A stretch of 64,000 nt of DNA from the human T2T-CHM13v2.0 reference genome, Homo sapiens. This document shows, one piece after another, positions 44,018-56,108 of the stretch. Position numbers and translations under genes: made by a program. Under the pieces are notes generated by a model, which had not been told where the DNA came from, did no database searches, and worked only from the letters and a program-made list of their open reading frames with translations. The stretch lies in the NCBI RefSeq assembly GCF_009914755.1, contig NC_060926.1; one strand, given 5' to 3'. The stretch's first letter is position 1, and the number at the start of each line of letters is the position of its first letter.

Positions 44018-44790
44018 TGTATCAGTCAGGAGAGGCCAGGTAACAACCTCAATCAGTTAGAAGAACCTAAACTAACAACCCCAAACTCTCAGTGGCTGAA
44101 AAACAAAGTTCATTTTTTTTTCTCATACCGTATGTTCATTGAGTTAGGCCAGAGACCTATACTCATTGTAGCCATTCTAGGAAACAGGATAACAGACGCT
44201 CAACAGAACTATGACATCACTCTCTCACCATGTGCTTCCTTGGTTGCAATCTCTGTGGCTGAAGATGGAAAAGCACTGGCCTATTTAATGTTCTAGTTTG
44301 AAAAATATACTCACCACTTCTACTCACATTTGCTTGGCCAGAACTATTGACCCGATCATGCCGAACTTTCAAGTGGGTGGGGAATTAGAATTCTTCCTGA
44401 ACCCACATGTAAATGAGTTCAGACATTAGTGAATAATATTAGTGACTATTTGTAATACCTTCCACGATTCAGTATTCTAGTCACTACATATTTGGTTGTC
44501 TTTCAACTCCTCTCCAAGGAGGTATCCCAAAGTCCAGCACATGCATGTGATGAAAGGTGGTATTTACAACTAGTTCAGATGTGTGTCCTCTTGTTCAGGG
44601 AATTAAGAACTGAAAAACAAGCTATCTGTGTTTAATAACCCTGTATACATTGGTGAAACCAGAACAGAAAAAGAACAATAAATTTTCATTCACTTCAGAA
44701 AGAAGAATGGGAAACATACAGTAGTCACTGGTTCATAGCAATTCTGAAGTTTCATTGAACAGGCATTATCAGGGATCCTCTATTAAGAAA
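44018..44790 (-). mobile_element. Old MLT1 (J/K-like) LTR plus adjacent internal fragment
   Basis: TGTATCAGTCAGG...AACCCCAAACTCTCAGTGGCT; CACTTCTACTCACATTTGCTTGGCCAGAAC; MLT1-int-like AGTCACTGGTTCATAGCAATTCTGAA. Confidence 0.65.
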
Positions 44791-46721
44791 ATATCCTTCT
44801 GTGCCTTTTCATATTTCCTCAAATGCTTATTTTATTTCTCTCTGGTAGTAACCCTTCCGTGCTGAGTAGCCTTTCTGTTTTCAGACAGTAGTGAAATGTT
44901 ACACTGCAGAGTACTGAATAGGATTTTATATGAGGCATCCTAGGTGTCAGATGAGGAGAATATAAACCACAAGCAAGGAGGAGTTAGCCCCTAATGGAAT
45001 GATCTTTGACCAACAGGCAACAGGAAAAATGAAGGAATCCTCCTTTCTCTTACCCATGTACTATTTCAAAGTATGATTACAACCCTTGACCCCTTTCCAA
45101 GAACTACTTTTGGAGTAGTACATGGAAAAGAGGAAAGATAGAACATTTATGTTTGGTTGTCTTCCTTCTCCCTATTGACAAACATAAATATGTAGCAACT
45201 TAATGAAAAGAAGAGAATCAAACACTGGCCATTAAATGCTTTAGACAAGACGTGAAACTTTTCTCTCCTTCTCTCTTTTCATTCCCTAGAAAAAGTAACA
45301 TGGTTATATACAACTTCAAGGGTTAAATAATTATAATTCTTCATGTGCCTGGAAGAAGAGGAGAGGAAAATGAGATGTCAGGGAAAATGAGTAACATCTA
45401 CCACAGATGCCCTCAGTGTTCAGACTTTCCAGCTCTTCTCCTACCTGTGGCTCTATGCGTAAATGAGGCCAAGGTCTCCACCACCCTGGAAATGTCCTTA
45501 AGCCACTTTCCAGCATTCTGAAAGCTAAGCCTCTCTCTGTCTTCAGGGATGGATTGCTCCCATATCCACTAATATTCGGGTTAGGAACCCTTGGGACATC
45601 AAGATTCATGCTTGAAAATATTAAGAGATTTTTACAAAGCCGTAGTCATTCTGAGTTTAACATTGTTCACTCTGTGAGAGAAGTGGTTCCAAGTACTGAA
45701 AAGTCAAAACAAAAAAAGCAAAACCAAACAAACAAAAAACCTCACATTTCTCAAAGTACAGTAGAACAGAATGCAAATTATTATGTTAGTATAATATTCT
45801 GCCACACTTTCAGTAGTGAAAAGAATACACAGCACGAGGTCTTACAGATCTGTGTCTAATGCTAGCTTTTATCCTATTTCCCAGCACGCTACATTCTGAA
45901 GGACAAATTTTTTAGGTCTCTACATTTTAATATTTTCACAACATTTTCTAAAAGTAGAAAATTCTTCAAATGTTCTGTGTGAACTAACCAAAAATATATA
46001 GCTATCATCACAATAAATGGTTTACCATTTTAGTTTCCTTTACTTCTTACTAAGAAAGATGCTAAGGAATAATCATTTTAGTACTTAAAAAATGTTGATT
46101 TTAGGCTATTAATTGTATTTTGTATGAAACGTAACTTATTTGTAGAAAAGTTACTAAAACTTGGTTAAAATCATTTTGGTATTCATGTTTTTATTTTCTT
46201 CTATTTTTGTTTCTTTTTCTTTTTGGATAAAAGTTTCCAACTAAGCTTAGAATATTCCCTAGGATTTTTATTTTCTGGTCACTACTGTATAGCTGGATGA
46301 AAAAGGAAACAAACATTTGCATACATACATACATATTCGTAATTACTTATAATGCTGCTTTACATTTGTATAATTTCTTAGCTTAAAAAACACATAAATA
46401 TATATGATCTTATCTAATTTTCACACTCTTTAAATACCAATATAGAAATGAGAAAACTGTAGATCACTTGAGTTAAGTGGTATTTCCAATATACAGATGA
46501 CATGGGTCAGATTCAGGACAAACTCAGGTTTTTAGCCTTCAAATGTAAAAGTAACTTTTTCTTTCTTTAAATTGTCTTTTTTTATTATCTGTTTGTTTTT
46601 GACCATGAAAAGATAACAGTACAAAGCCCTAGTGGGGAGAAAAAAAATTAGACAAAATCCACAATTTTTTTTTCCATGGGAAATTTAATGTCTATCTGGA
46701 TAGATAAGTTGAAATCTCTAG

Positions 46722-46993
<272 letters not shown>

Positions 46994-49074
46994 ATTCTAA
47001 TTTTTTAAGTGTCATTTTACATGGTCTGTGAGTAAATGCAGAAAAGCAGTAGTATTTGAAGGATTCAGAAAGATCTGTGAGATGGAGTGTGGTAGGAGAT
47101 GATAAAACAAAGATAAGACACTAAGTCCTCAGAGTTCCATTGGTTCAGAAATTTGAAAACATTTTAGACATCCAGGACCATATAGACAAAGCAAGCAGTT
47201 CATGATTGTATTCAAACAATTAAAACAATTACATTTTTGGTGGACACAATGTAAAGACTAAGATGCTGCTCCTTTTAGCTCTTCTTCAAGTAAAAGAAAT
47301 TGATGAAATTAATGTACAATGGCTATGGCCACAGATGCCATTTTATAATTTGTATTTCATGTACTAAAACATTAAAGAAAAAACTGTTTAAAGAAAAACA
47401 CAACTTTCCTTACTGGAGCTCTGCATATACCCAAGCCCTGTTCCTGAGAGGAACAGGGGCAATTTTTGTATCTATTTTGTTTCTTCCCTTATTGATTTCC
47501 AAATTTTATGTCTAAATAATATAATTATACTGTTGCGTGGTTTTTTAATTTCTTAATTTTAAACATGGTCTGTTGACTTCTGGTTGTGTTCATGGGGATG
47601 TAACTCATTCTATGTGCTTCTATTCTGTGGTTATGTTATTATTTAAGGTTAAATCAGTTATCAGGGTTTATATTATCATGACTACGTATCATTTACTGCA
47701 GAGACAAAGGGTACTATGCTTATGAGCCCTTTTCTCTTTTTCCCAATTATTAATTTTTCATTTATTTTACTTACTTAGTATTATATGTACTTACCACTTT
47801 TCCACAAATGTTTCAATATATCAACCAATCATATAGCAATACATTTCCAAAGGCTCAAACATGTTTAACAATGTATCAGGCTTTTTGTTTTCACCTTCTT
47901 CTTCCATCTACTACTCCTCAACAAGAATCTTCTTGCAGTTCTATTCCCTGACTGGTCTTGTTTGCTTTACATGAGTCCAGTTGTTCTGTCTGCCTATTGA
48001 ACAACTGCTGCCCAGGGACCCCCCACCATTCTTCTGTGTTGGGTCCACTGATTCTGCATTCTTTCTTTTTATTGGTCTTGAATTATTGTCCTTTCGACTT
48101 GGCATGGAAGTCTAAATTGAAAAATAATTCCATTTCTCTTGGAATTTTGAAAGCATTATTTTATCTGTCCCTCAGGCTCTTGGAATGCTTTTATTTTAAA
48201 ATTTAAGCTAACATGTTCATTTTTGAAAGCAATATCTTATTGTCTGATTATTGGTTTTCTAGCATCCTTTTCTAACAGATGTGTTATTTGTCTTCATCTC
48301 TCTGAGATATATGATTAGCTCTCTGAAATTATAGAATATTTTAAGTTTTCCTTTTGACCTCTTGTTTTTTTCCTTTGGGAATCTTTCATATTGAACGTTT
48401 TCTTAAAATGCCAATCATTCTTGACACCCCAGTTATATTTCAAGGGCTGACTGGAAGTTTTGTGTGCATGAAAATCCATATTGGAAGGACTTTCAATAAG
48501 AGATATCAGGCAAAGAACCGAATATTGGTGACTTTACCCACAAATGCCAGTTTCTCCAAAGAGGAAGCCTATAGTCTTCTGCCTGGAGCATTTTCACCTG
48601 TCCACCAGAATACCAAGAATAGAATGGAGAAAGTGGCTTCAATCCCCAACACTCAGCATGTGATATTTAGTTCTATATCTCATCCCCAACTTCTACTGTG
48701 CCTAATGGACCAGAGACTGCAGCTTTTAGCATTTGACTTTTCCGCAGAATATACCACTGGTCCTCCGTGGGTTGAGAGGAGGAATTATTGACTGTGTTTG
48801 GGTAGACCTATCAAACAACTCCCTGTTTTAGCTATTTTTTCATGCTCATCTTCTGTAGTACTTGAAGATTCCCATTTCTGAATCTTTATTGAATCCTAGA
48901 GTATAATAATCTTGCTTTATATTACTGTCCTCTGCTGTTAGTTTCCTCTCTTTTTCTAAGCCCTCATTTTTCTTCTTCCAATACTGCATTGACATCTCCT
49001 GTTCATTATTATTCTGCCTTTCCATTCTTTCTAATTTTGTGAATTTATGAATTTTAAATTAATTTGTCATTTGC

Positions 49075-49533
49075 TATTGTACAGTAAACATACCTGATAG
49101 CAATAACTTAAGCATATCCTGAGAATGACACTGGATGGCAGATGCATCTGAATATGGTTCAGAGTGCTGAGCTAAGGGATCCAGGAGTGGCCAACCCAGG
49201 AAAACATTCCTAATCTATGAGGAACATCTGAGCACCAGTCTGTTCCATGGGTAGGTCATACACAGGATGGAGACCTTTTGTTTTATGGTGAACAAAGGTT
49301 GCCAGGTGAAGGTTGTTAGGGGGAGGATGCTAAGTGAAAAATGCTGCATACACTGCATGATTTTGCAAGAAGTTCTGGTTCTCCTGTTCAGCCCACTACC
49401 ACTGGACTCTCTCCCTTCTATGTAAGCCCCCAGTAAAACCCTGTGTCTCGTTCACTGACTCTGGGTCTCTTCTTCAGCCTCTTGAACCTGGTGCGATCCC
49501 TATTGGAGTTGTTGACAGGCATTCAGCACAATA
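49075..49533 (+). mobile_element. ERVL solo LTR (LTR47-like)
   Basis: GCAATAACTTAAGCATATCCTGAGAATGAC...GGAGTGGCCAACCC...CTATGAGGAACATCTGAGC; boundaries approximate. Confidence 0.75.
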
Positions 49534-49571
49534 GCTTTGTTCACTCAGAAATCTAGGTTAGTGATTTAACC

Positions 49572-49868
49572 TTTTTTTTTTTTTTTTTTTGGGACAGAGT
49601 CTCACTCTGTCACCCAGGCTGGAGTGCAGTGGCGCTCTCAGCTCACTGCAAGCTCTGCCTCTCGGGTTCACACCATTCTTCTGCCTCAGCCTCCCAAGTA
49701 GCTGGGACTACAGGCATCCGCCATCATGCCCAGCTAATTTTTTGTATTTTTAGTAGAGACAAGGTTTCACCGTGTTAGCCAGGATGATCTCAATCTCCTG
49801 ACCTTGTGATCAACGCGCCTCGGCCTCCCAAAGCGTGGGATTACAGGCGTGAGCCACTGCGCCTGGCC
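49572..49868 (-). mobile_element. AluY-like
   Basis: CCGTGTTAGCCAGGATG and GCAAGCTC diagnostics; poly-T; TSD TAACCTTTT/TAATCTTTT. Confidence 0.93.
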
Positions 49869-50160
49869 TAATCTTTTTTTCTAACACAACACACTGAAGA
49901 ACATAATTCTATCCATCATAGTGTCATGGAGAGATTTTCAAAATATGAAGAAAAGGAAGTCATATCAGAATCACTGAGAAATGGAGCAAGAACAGGTGTA
50001 GTTGATGTTTTATCTAGATTAGGTTTGCATACTGAGGAATCCAGCCCCACACTAAAAACCTACATGTGATTTTTCAGGCCCCACCATATAGGCAATTACA
50101 AAGGCTTACCTGACAGGCCACACAGGGGAAAGCTGCCCCGCATCAGACTTAGTGCATAGC

Positions 50161-50605
50161 TGCTGGGTCAGTCACATAGACCCTGGCCAAGCGACAATGA
50201 AAGGAGTACTCAGACACAGGTATGCAGTAAAAGAGCAGCTAGGGGACTGCCAAAGAGTGAGCAGTCTCAAACAGCTAGAGCTGATTGCTTTTATTCGGTA
50301 CAGACATAAGGCCAAAAGCCTGGAGCAAACACAATCTGTGGGTAATTAACATTACTGTTCCCCCTTTCAGGGATCAGTCATGAGCGAGGATGGTCAAAGG
50401 TCGGTTTCTGGACAACACGGGTAAACAAACCTATTTAGATAAATTCCCATACACTCCCTTGTACCTACTCCTCGCCCTCTGCCTCAGGGTAACAGAAGAG
50501 CTGCCTTCAGCTTATTCTCCCCTGACGGTCTGCAGAGCCTTCCAACCTTTCAGAAGCCCTCCTTCTTTTCCTATAGCTTTTCACCACTCTGACTGATCCC
50601 CTACA
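50161..50605 (-). mobile_element. LTR22 (HERV-K HML-5) solo LTR
   Basis: Minus strand starts TGTAGGGGATCAGTCAGAGTGGTG; AATAAA near 50290; perfect 6-bp TSD CATAGC (50155-50160, 50606-50611), typical of ERVK. Confidence 0.88.
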
Positions 50606-51037
50606 CATAGCCAATGTGGTGAATTCTCCAAGGGAAGTTGCAGTCAAGGATGCAGGCCTCTCTGGCAAGCCATGCTGTTACATATACTGGCAGTCCTAGC
50701 CCAGGAGCCTCTATTCCAAAGCTTGTTCATCTGAAGCCTTAGGCAAAGGTCATCTTTAAGCATTCTGCTGAAACCTCCTTACAGGGAGGAGAAGGTGGAA
50801 ACCTTGAAATCACTTCCCCCCACCCCATTCTGACTCAGTGCTTTTCCATTCCCAGCTTCTCTCAACCCCACTTCCCCTGCCTTGTCCTGCACCAGCCCCA
50901 GGGACTATAAATCCGTAGAAGCCTTTTTGTTCAGAGCTTTTCAGGCAAAAGGTGAGACAACCTCCACATAAGTTGATCTACCTGATTCTTAACCATTGTG
51001 CTGTACAATGGGGAAAAATGGAACAGCGAGGAATTGG

Positions 51038-51513
51038 TGAAAGGCAATGGAAGGGCACCGTGGATCAATAAGGCCCAGAGGCGAGACAAAGAGGGCAAAA
51101 ATCTTCTTTATTGAGCTCTCGGGCGAGGTTCACTGGTCCGCAGGGGGAGGGCCAGGGAAGTCACGCTGTGCTACAGGTGTGGCACGCTTATATGGATGCT
51201 GGGTGAGGAATGGGTGGGGTAGGGGCGGGGTTTGTTGAGTTTCGCGCTTCTGAGTGTGACGCGCCCTAGTGGGCATGCGCGTTAGTCAGGGTGGCGGGAA
51301 CAGGAAAAGGTGAACCCGGAAATGCTGAGTCAGGGTACCCGGGGTGGCTGTCGGGAAGGCGGGAATAAATGGAGGGAATAAGCGAAAATGCCAAGTCAGG
51401 GTGGCCAAGATGGCCACTGGGATGGTGGGAACCGGCGAATCTGGGAATGCCAAGTCAGGGTAGCCAAGATGGTTGCTGGTCGCCATCTTGGAGTCTTCAC
51501 CAGAGTCCAATCA
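51038..51513 (-). repeat. HERV-Fc2 3' LTR
   Basis: Direct repeat of 56109-56584 (manual count ~35 substitutions in 476 bp, no indels); AATAAA near 51107. Confidence 0.95.
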
Positions 51514-51528
51514 GTCCAACCTCTTTTT
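51514..51528 (-). promoter_or_regulatory. Polypurine tract
   Basis: AAAAAGAGGTTGGAC directly before the 3' LTR. Confidence 0.75.
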
Positions 51529-51599
51529 GGTTATAGAAAAGGGGCAACGAAATCGTCTGGCTACTTCCTGCTGTTAAGGGGCATTGTTGGGGAGGGGGC

Positions 51600-53278
51600 C
51601 TAAATAGAGGTTGGCAGTTGGACATAAGGGTGAAGTAACATCTGGTTGAAAGTGACCCTGGTGATTTCTTGTATCCACTGGCAGAGGAACTGTACTAGGA
51701 TTGGGGCAAAACACATTATTATACAGAGAATTATAATTGGGATAAGGAAAGGGAGCATCTGTTGAACTACGGGTGAAAACCACCAGGAAGGACCAGGGCG
51801 GAGAGGGTCGTAGGAGTGTTTTAACTCCTCTTGGATCTTTTCTTTAAAGTTTGTAAATTAGTCTTAACTACCCCTGACTGGTTGAGATAATAGCAGCATT
51901 CTTCCTGTAAGAATAAACATGTCCCTCCTTTTTCTGCCGTAAGCAAGTCTAAGGCCCGCCTGTTCTGTGCCGCCACCTGTGCTACTGAAGTGATCTGTCA
52001 CTGTAGGGAGGCCAGGGACTCGGCCGATGCCTCAGTGGCCAACTGCAGGCAAGTAGACAGATCTTGAGATGTTTGGATTGAGTGGGTGAGGTCTCCTGTT
52101 CCTAGCCCTGATGCCACTAAGGAGGAGGCTAAGGAGATGCCTAGTACTAAGGTAGGAAAATAGCCCGTTTGCTTTTATTTTGCGGCCTTGGCTCGGTCCA
52201 GGCTAGCAGATGGCTAAGTCTGTCTGGACTATATAGTAGGGTCAGGCTAGGGATGAGAGAGATGGGTAAGCACAAGATGTGATTACCAGTTAAGAACTTT
52301 AGTTAGCGTGGAGTTACACCAGAAGTAGCCTCCGGGTGGTGCCGGGGTGCTGGTGAGCATCCTGGTCTGGTTACACCAAGAGGCATTTGGGGTAGAGTAA
52401 CAGAACGGGAACTTGTGTCTTGTAGGGTCTCAGAATAGTGGGACCTGTCCTTTCGGGACCGGTGGTATAGGGGTGGATGAATTTCTTGTATAATTAAAGG
52501 AGGTAGGGAGAGGAACTGCTACTAAGGGAGGTCTTCCGAGGGCTGCACAGAGGAAGCAGTGGAAGAGGTTTTGTACCCCTGTGGATTGCAGCAATTGTGC
52601 AACTTCTGAGATTAAAGTTAACCACGAGAAGGGGGAGGACTTGGCCTGGTCAGCTGCCGGTTGAAGCTGGTTGGCAAGTTCTTTCTCGGCTGACTGGATT
52701 GAGGAGGCTAAGTCGGATAACCCTGTGACAGTGTTTTTAAGGGTCCTGGCAATGTGGATCTTAGCTACTGGATACATATAAGTTCTGTGCTCATATAGTC
52801 CTCCATCTACACCGGAGGCCCAGCGGGGGTCCCAAGGGTCAGAGATTTGGAGGTTAAATCCGTTAAAGCCATCCCATCCTCCAGTGGAGGTATTGACATA
52901 GAACATTGGGTCAGATCCTTTTTCAGCATGAATTAATGCCTCATGGATATTGCACCAGTGCCACGGACAGCCTACATTTTCTTTGACCCAGCTGGTATTG
53001 CATTTGGAGTTACTTTGATCATACAGGAAGCAAAGTGCAGGGTTTTTTCTAGCCGGGCCTGGGAAGAGAATTTTAGATCTAGGAAAGCTATGGGTGCCTG
53101 GCACCCTGCTGGCGGGCATGCTGCCATGGCTACTAGTCCAGAGGAGACTGCCTGTCTGGAACTCCAATTCTCAGTGAGGTTAAAAAACCCAGTGAGAGGG
53201 AGTCTGAGAGGGGGCTTGTCTACTATGACTGGTGTGCAAGAATAAGAAGAGTGACAAGACAAAAAAAGCGAACTTCAT
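51600..53278 (-). pseudogene. env: HERV-Fc2 env, disrupted by frameshifts and stops
   Basis: Signal peptide at 53278; SU with DPWDPRW and CFLC (CXXC); KSKR site; [19 protein letters not shown]; CX6CC; TM anchor MLPFLIPIIILCIIMCFAPIL; lesions at ~53185, ~53060, stop 52430 and further downstream frameshifts. Confidence 0.92.
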
Positions 53279-53438
53279 GTTGGTGAAAGTTCTGGAGGGA
53301 GCCTTGCCACACCAGTTCATCTATATAGGACAACAGATTTTCAGGCCAGCAAAGGGTGTTAGCAAAAGTAGGGAATGACCAGCTTTCCTCGAGAAGAACC
53401 TGAATAAATTGTTGGAGCCTGTCACACGGAGAATTCAT
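53223..53438 (-). other. 71-codon ORF between pol and env (candidate accessory ORF/uORF)
   Basis: ATG overlaps the pol TGA (GCATGA); open for 71 codons; overlaps the proposed env start. Confidence 0.35.
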
Positions 53439-54190
53439 GCGGTATTTGATTTAGAGAGTTTCAGTTTGGTTGGAGAGAGGGAGGTGACAGTCCAAGTGGC
53501 CTGATGTTGTGTAGGTGCCCCCTTAAGATGGGACATATGGTACCAGGAGGGAAAGCCTATAAGTTTAGCTGCCGTCGGTGTTGTAAGAATTACCGTATAG
53601 GGGCCTTTCCACCGGGGGGAGAGACCTCTTGCCTGGAGGTCTTTTACTAGTACCTGATCTCCTGGGATTATTATGGCTGGACTGTCTGGGCTGAGCGGTC
53701 CAGGCTTTGGAAGGCTGTGGTCGGCGTGTTCTCTTAGCAGCTCCCTTAACAGGGTGAGGTAGGGCAGGTACGTGCCAAGAGGTGGGGTATTCACAGGGAG
53801 CTCTTGAAAGAGGAAGGGGTGCCCGTATAGGAGCTCAAAGGAGCTAAGGCCTGTGGGGCTTCGGGGTGCTGCCCGGAGCCGTGCGAGGGCAAAGGGAAGT
53901 AAGGTTACCCACGGTTGAGCCAATTTGATTAGGTGTTGTTTGACAAGGCCGTTGGCGCGTTCCACTTTTCCAGAAGACTGCGGATGGTATGGAGTGTGTA
54001 GCTTCCAGTTAACGCCAAGTGTGGTTGTCACCTGTTTGACTATTTTGGAGATAAAAGCAGGCCAAATCTCGGGATTATCTGTTCAATGAGGGTTGAAGCT
54101 ACTACCTCTGCTGTTTTATGAGTGGTAGGGCAGGCTTTAATCTAACCTGAGAAAGTGTTTACTAAAGTAAGAAGATAACTTGATGTATTT
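53435..54190 (-). pseudogene. pol: pol integrase remnant (RT/RNase H deleted)
   Basis: LHTPYHPQSSGKVERAN core and GPY/F module (SPRWKGPYTVILTTPTAAKL). Confidence 0.92.
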
Positions 54191-54223
54191 GCTTTAGTAA
54201 GGAATAAAGGGAAGGATGGTAGA

Positions 54224-54469
54224 TTATGGGTTCAAGAAAGTTATATAGTGGTCTAGATGGCAGGGCAGTGAAGGCGTCTGGCGGTAGGTGGAGGGAGTGC
54301 CATCAATCCTTATAACAGAGATTGAGGAGGGGCAGCTGGGCCTGCTAAAAGATGGCAAAACAGAGTAGGTAGCCCTTGTGTCTAGCAAAAAGGAAATGGA
54401 TTTACCCGCTACCTGAAGCATTACCCTGGGCTCGGCAAGGGTGAGAGGGGTTCCCAAGTCTGGGCCTCT
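54224..54469 (-). pseudogene. pro: Retroviral protease, active-site DTG changed to DTR
   Basis: EPRVMLQVAGKSISFLLDTRATYSVL in frame after the gag stop (54470-54472). Confidence 0.9.
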
Positions 54470-55643
54470 TTAGTCATCGTCCAGCTGGAGGAGCTGGAGG
54501 GCACCTTCGCCATCCGGGGAGGGGTCACCATGTGGAGACACAGTGGCCGCTCCGAGGCCGGGGCAGTCTGACCTCCAGTGCCCCATTTGTTGGCAGTTAG
54601 GGCACGGGCGTGTTGGCGGCTTGGGGTTTGGGCACTGTTTTGCCCAATGACCTGGATTGCTGCACTTGAAACAGTTGCAAGGCAGGCAGGACGGTTGCTG
54701 TTGGCTAGGGCACCGGCTGGCCCAGTGTCCCGAGTTGCCGCACTTGAAGCGGCACCAGACGGGGCCCGGGAGATTGTACCTCTACCTCTCCTGCCGGGGC
54801 TCTTAGGGAATGCCGGTTGCAGGGCTTGTGTTTGGAGCTGAACTTTTTATTTCAGTCTTGCCTGTCATTGTACCTCAGCCGCCTCCTCTCGGGAATTAAA
54901 AACTTTGAACGCCAGCTTTACTAAGTCCTGCATAGGGGTTTGGGGGCCCTCCACTGCCTCATCCAGGATTAGCGGATATCACTGCCCGCAGCAAATATGT
55001 TAGGAGTTGTAGAAGTAGTGGACTGGTATGGCACTATGGGGAGGTGGAAATGAGAATGGGGGTAAGACGGAAGCCAAGGAGTTAGGTGGGCAGGGTTAAA
55101 AGAACAAATGGGAACTAACAGGAATTAAAACGGTGGCCGAATGGCAGCAGAAGAACTAAAATGGCGGCAGAGAAAAAAGGAAGTAAGATGGCGGCAGTGA
55201 GGAAGCAGGTAGTAAGATGGCGGCGGTGCAGAAGGAGATGGCGGTGGAGAGACTAAGATGGGGGCCGCGGACAGGATTAACGGCAAGAGAGGCTAGCCAC
55301 ACTTCAAGTGGAAGGCTAACCAGAGGGACTTGCACCAGCGAAAACACTTGGTGGCAGTGGTCCGACGAGAGTGGAGGTCCCAGAACCATTGAACAAATTT
55401 GATTTTTGACTATTTGCCTCGCCTCTGACAAAAATTGGTAAGGTCGTTTAGGATACTGAAGTCCAGTGTGCCTTCGGGGAGCCAGCGAGATTGGTCGTCT
55501 AAGGTATATTGCGGCCAGGCAACCATGCAGAAGAAAATTAGTCGCTTTCGTTTTAAATCTTGGTCGAGTTGTAAAGTTGGGAGGTTGTGCAGGAGGCACC
55601 CTAAAGGGGTGTTTTGCGCGATTTTGGACTGGGTGGACCTCAT
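54470..55643 (-). pseudogene. gag: gag remnant: MA, Pro-rich region, NC; capsid largely missing
   Basis: MRSTQSK...TPLGCLL...LIFFC..AWPQY..W.PEGT (gamma-type MA); CCHC knuckles 54560-54750; only ~1.2 kb in total. Confidence 0.9.
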
Positions 55644-56089
55644 CCTCTTCCCTTTATGGCAGCAGTCTGAGGGACAGCAGAAGCGTCCTCTGGGGTCACT
55701 CAGACCACGCGGCTCCTGGAGCCTCGGATCGGCTACTTCAGACACGGACGTCTCCGAGTTGTCAGTGCCGATTTGGACTTCCCCTGGGGAAGTAAACTTG
55801 GGTCACCTGGTGACCCAGACTGGCCTTCCCTTGAGGAAGGAAACTCTCCCTGGACGTGCGCACGACTCTCGGCCAGGGAGGAACAGACAAAAGGAAAAAG
55901 AAGGGGTGCTCACCCAGCGTTCACCGAATTGGACTGGAGTAGCTGCAGCAGTTGCGACCTGGCGGCAAGTAACCGGACGAAACGGACAGATGGCCATGGA
56001 GGAGAAGCCTGACCTGACTGATGGAGAGGCCTGATCTGACCAGGAGGGGAGTCCCCCTGAGCCTCTGGGGGGGCTTAGGAGGTATCCCC

Positions 56090-56107
56090 TCCAGGGTTTC
56101 AGCAGCA
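56090..56107 (-). promoter_or_regulatory. Primer-binding site, tRNA-Phe
   Basis: TGCTGCTGAAACCCTGGA matches TGGTGCCGAAACCCGGGA at 15/18, 1 nt after the 5' LTR. Confidence 0.85.
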
Positions 56108-56108
56108 A

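Noticed and set aside
48354-48791. 145-aa ORF
   Set aside because: Non-ATG start, in degenerate repeat-like sequence, no motif
52430-53167. Intact co-opted Env (syncytin/suppressyn-like secreted SU)
   Set aside because: The ORF starts at TTG, is cut off from the signal peptide by in-frame stops (53180, 53171), begins with frameshifted residues and stops within SU
55435-56034. 199-aa antisense ORF over gag/leader
   Set aside because: Non-ATG start; GC-rich antisense frames are often open by chance; no homology recognised
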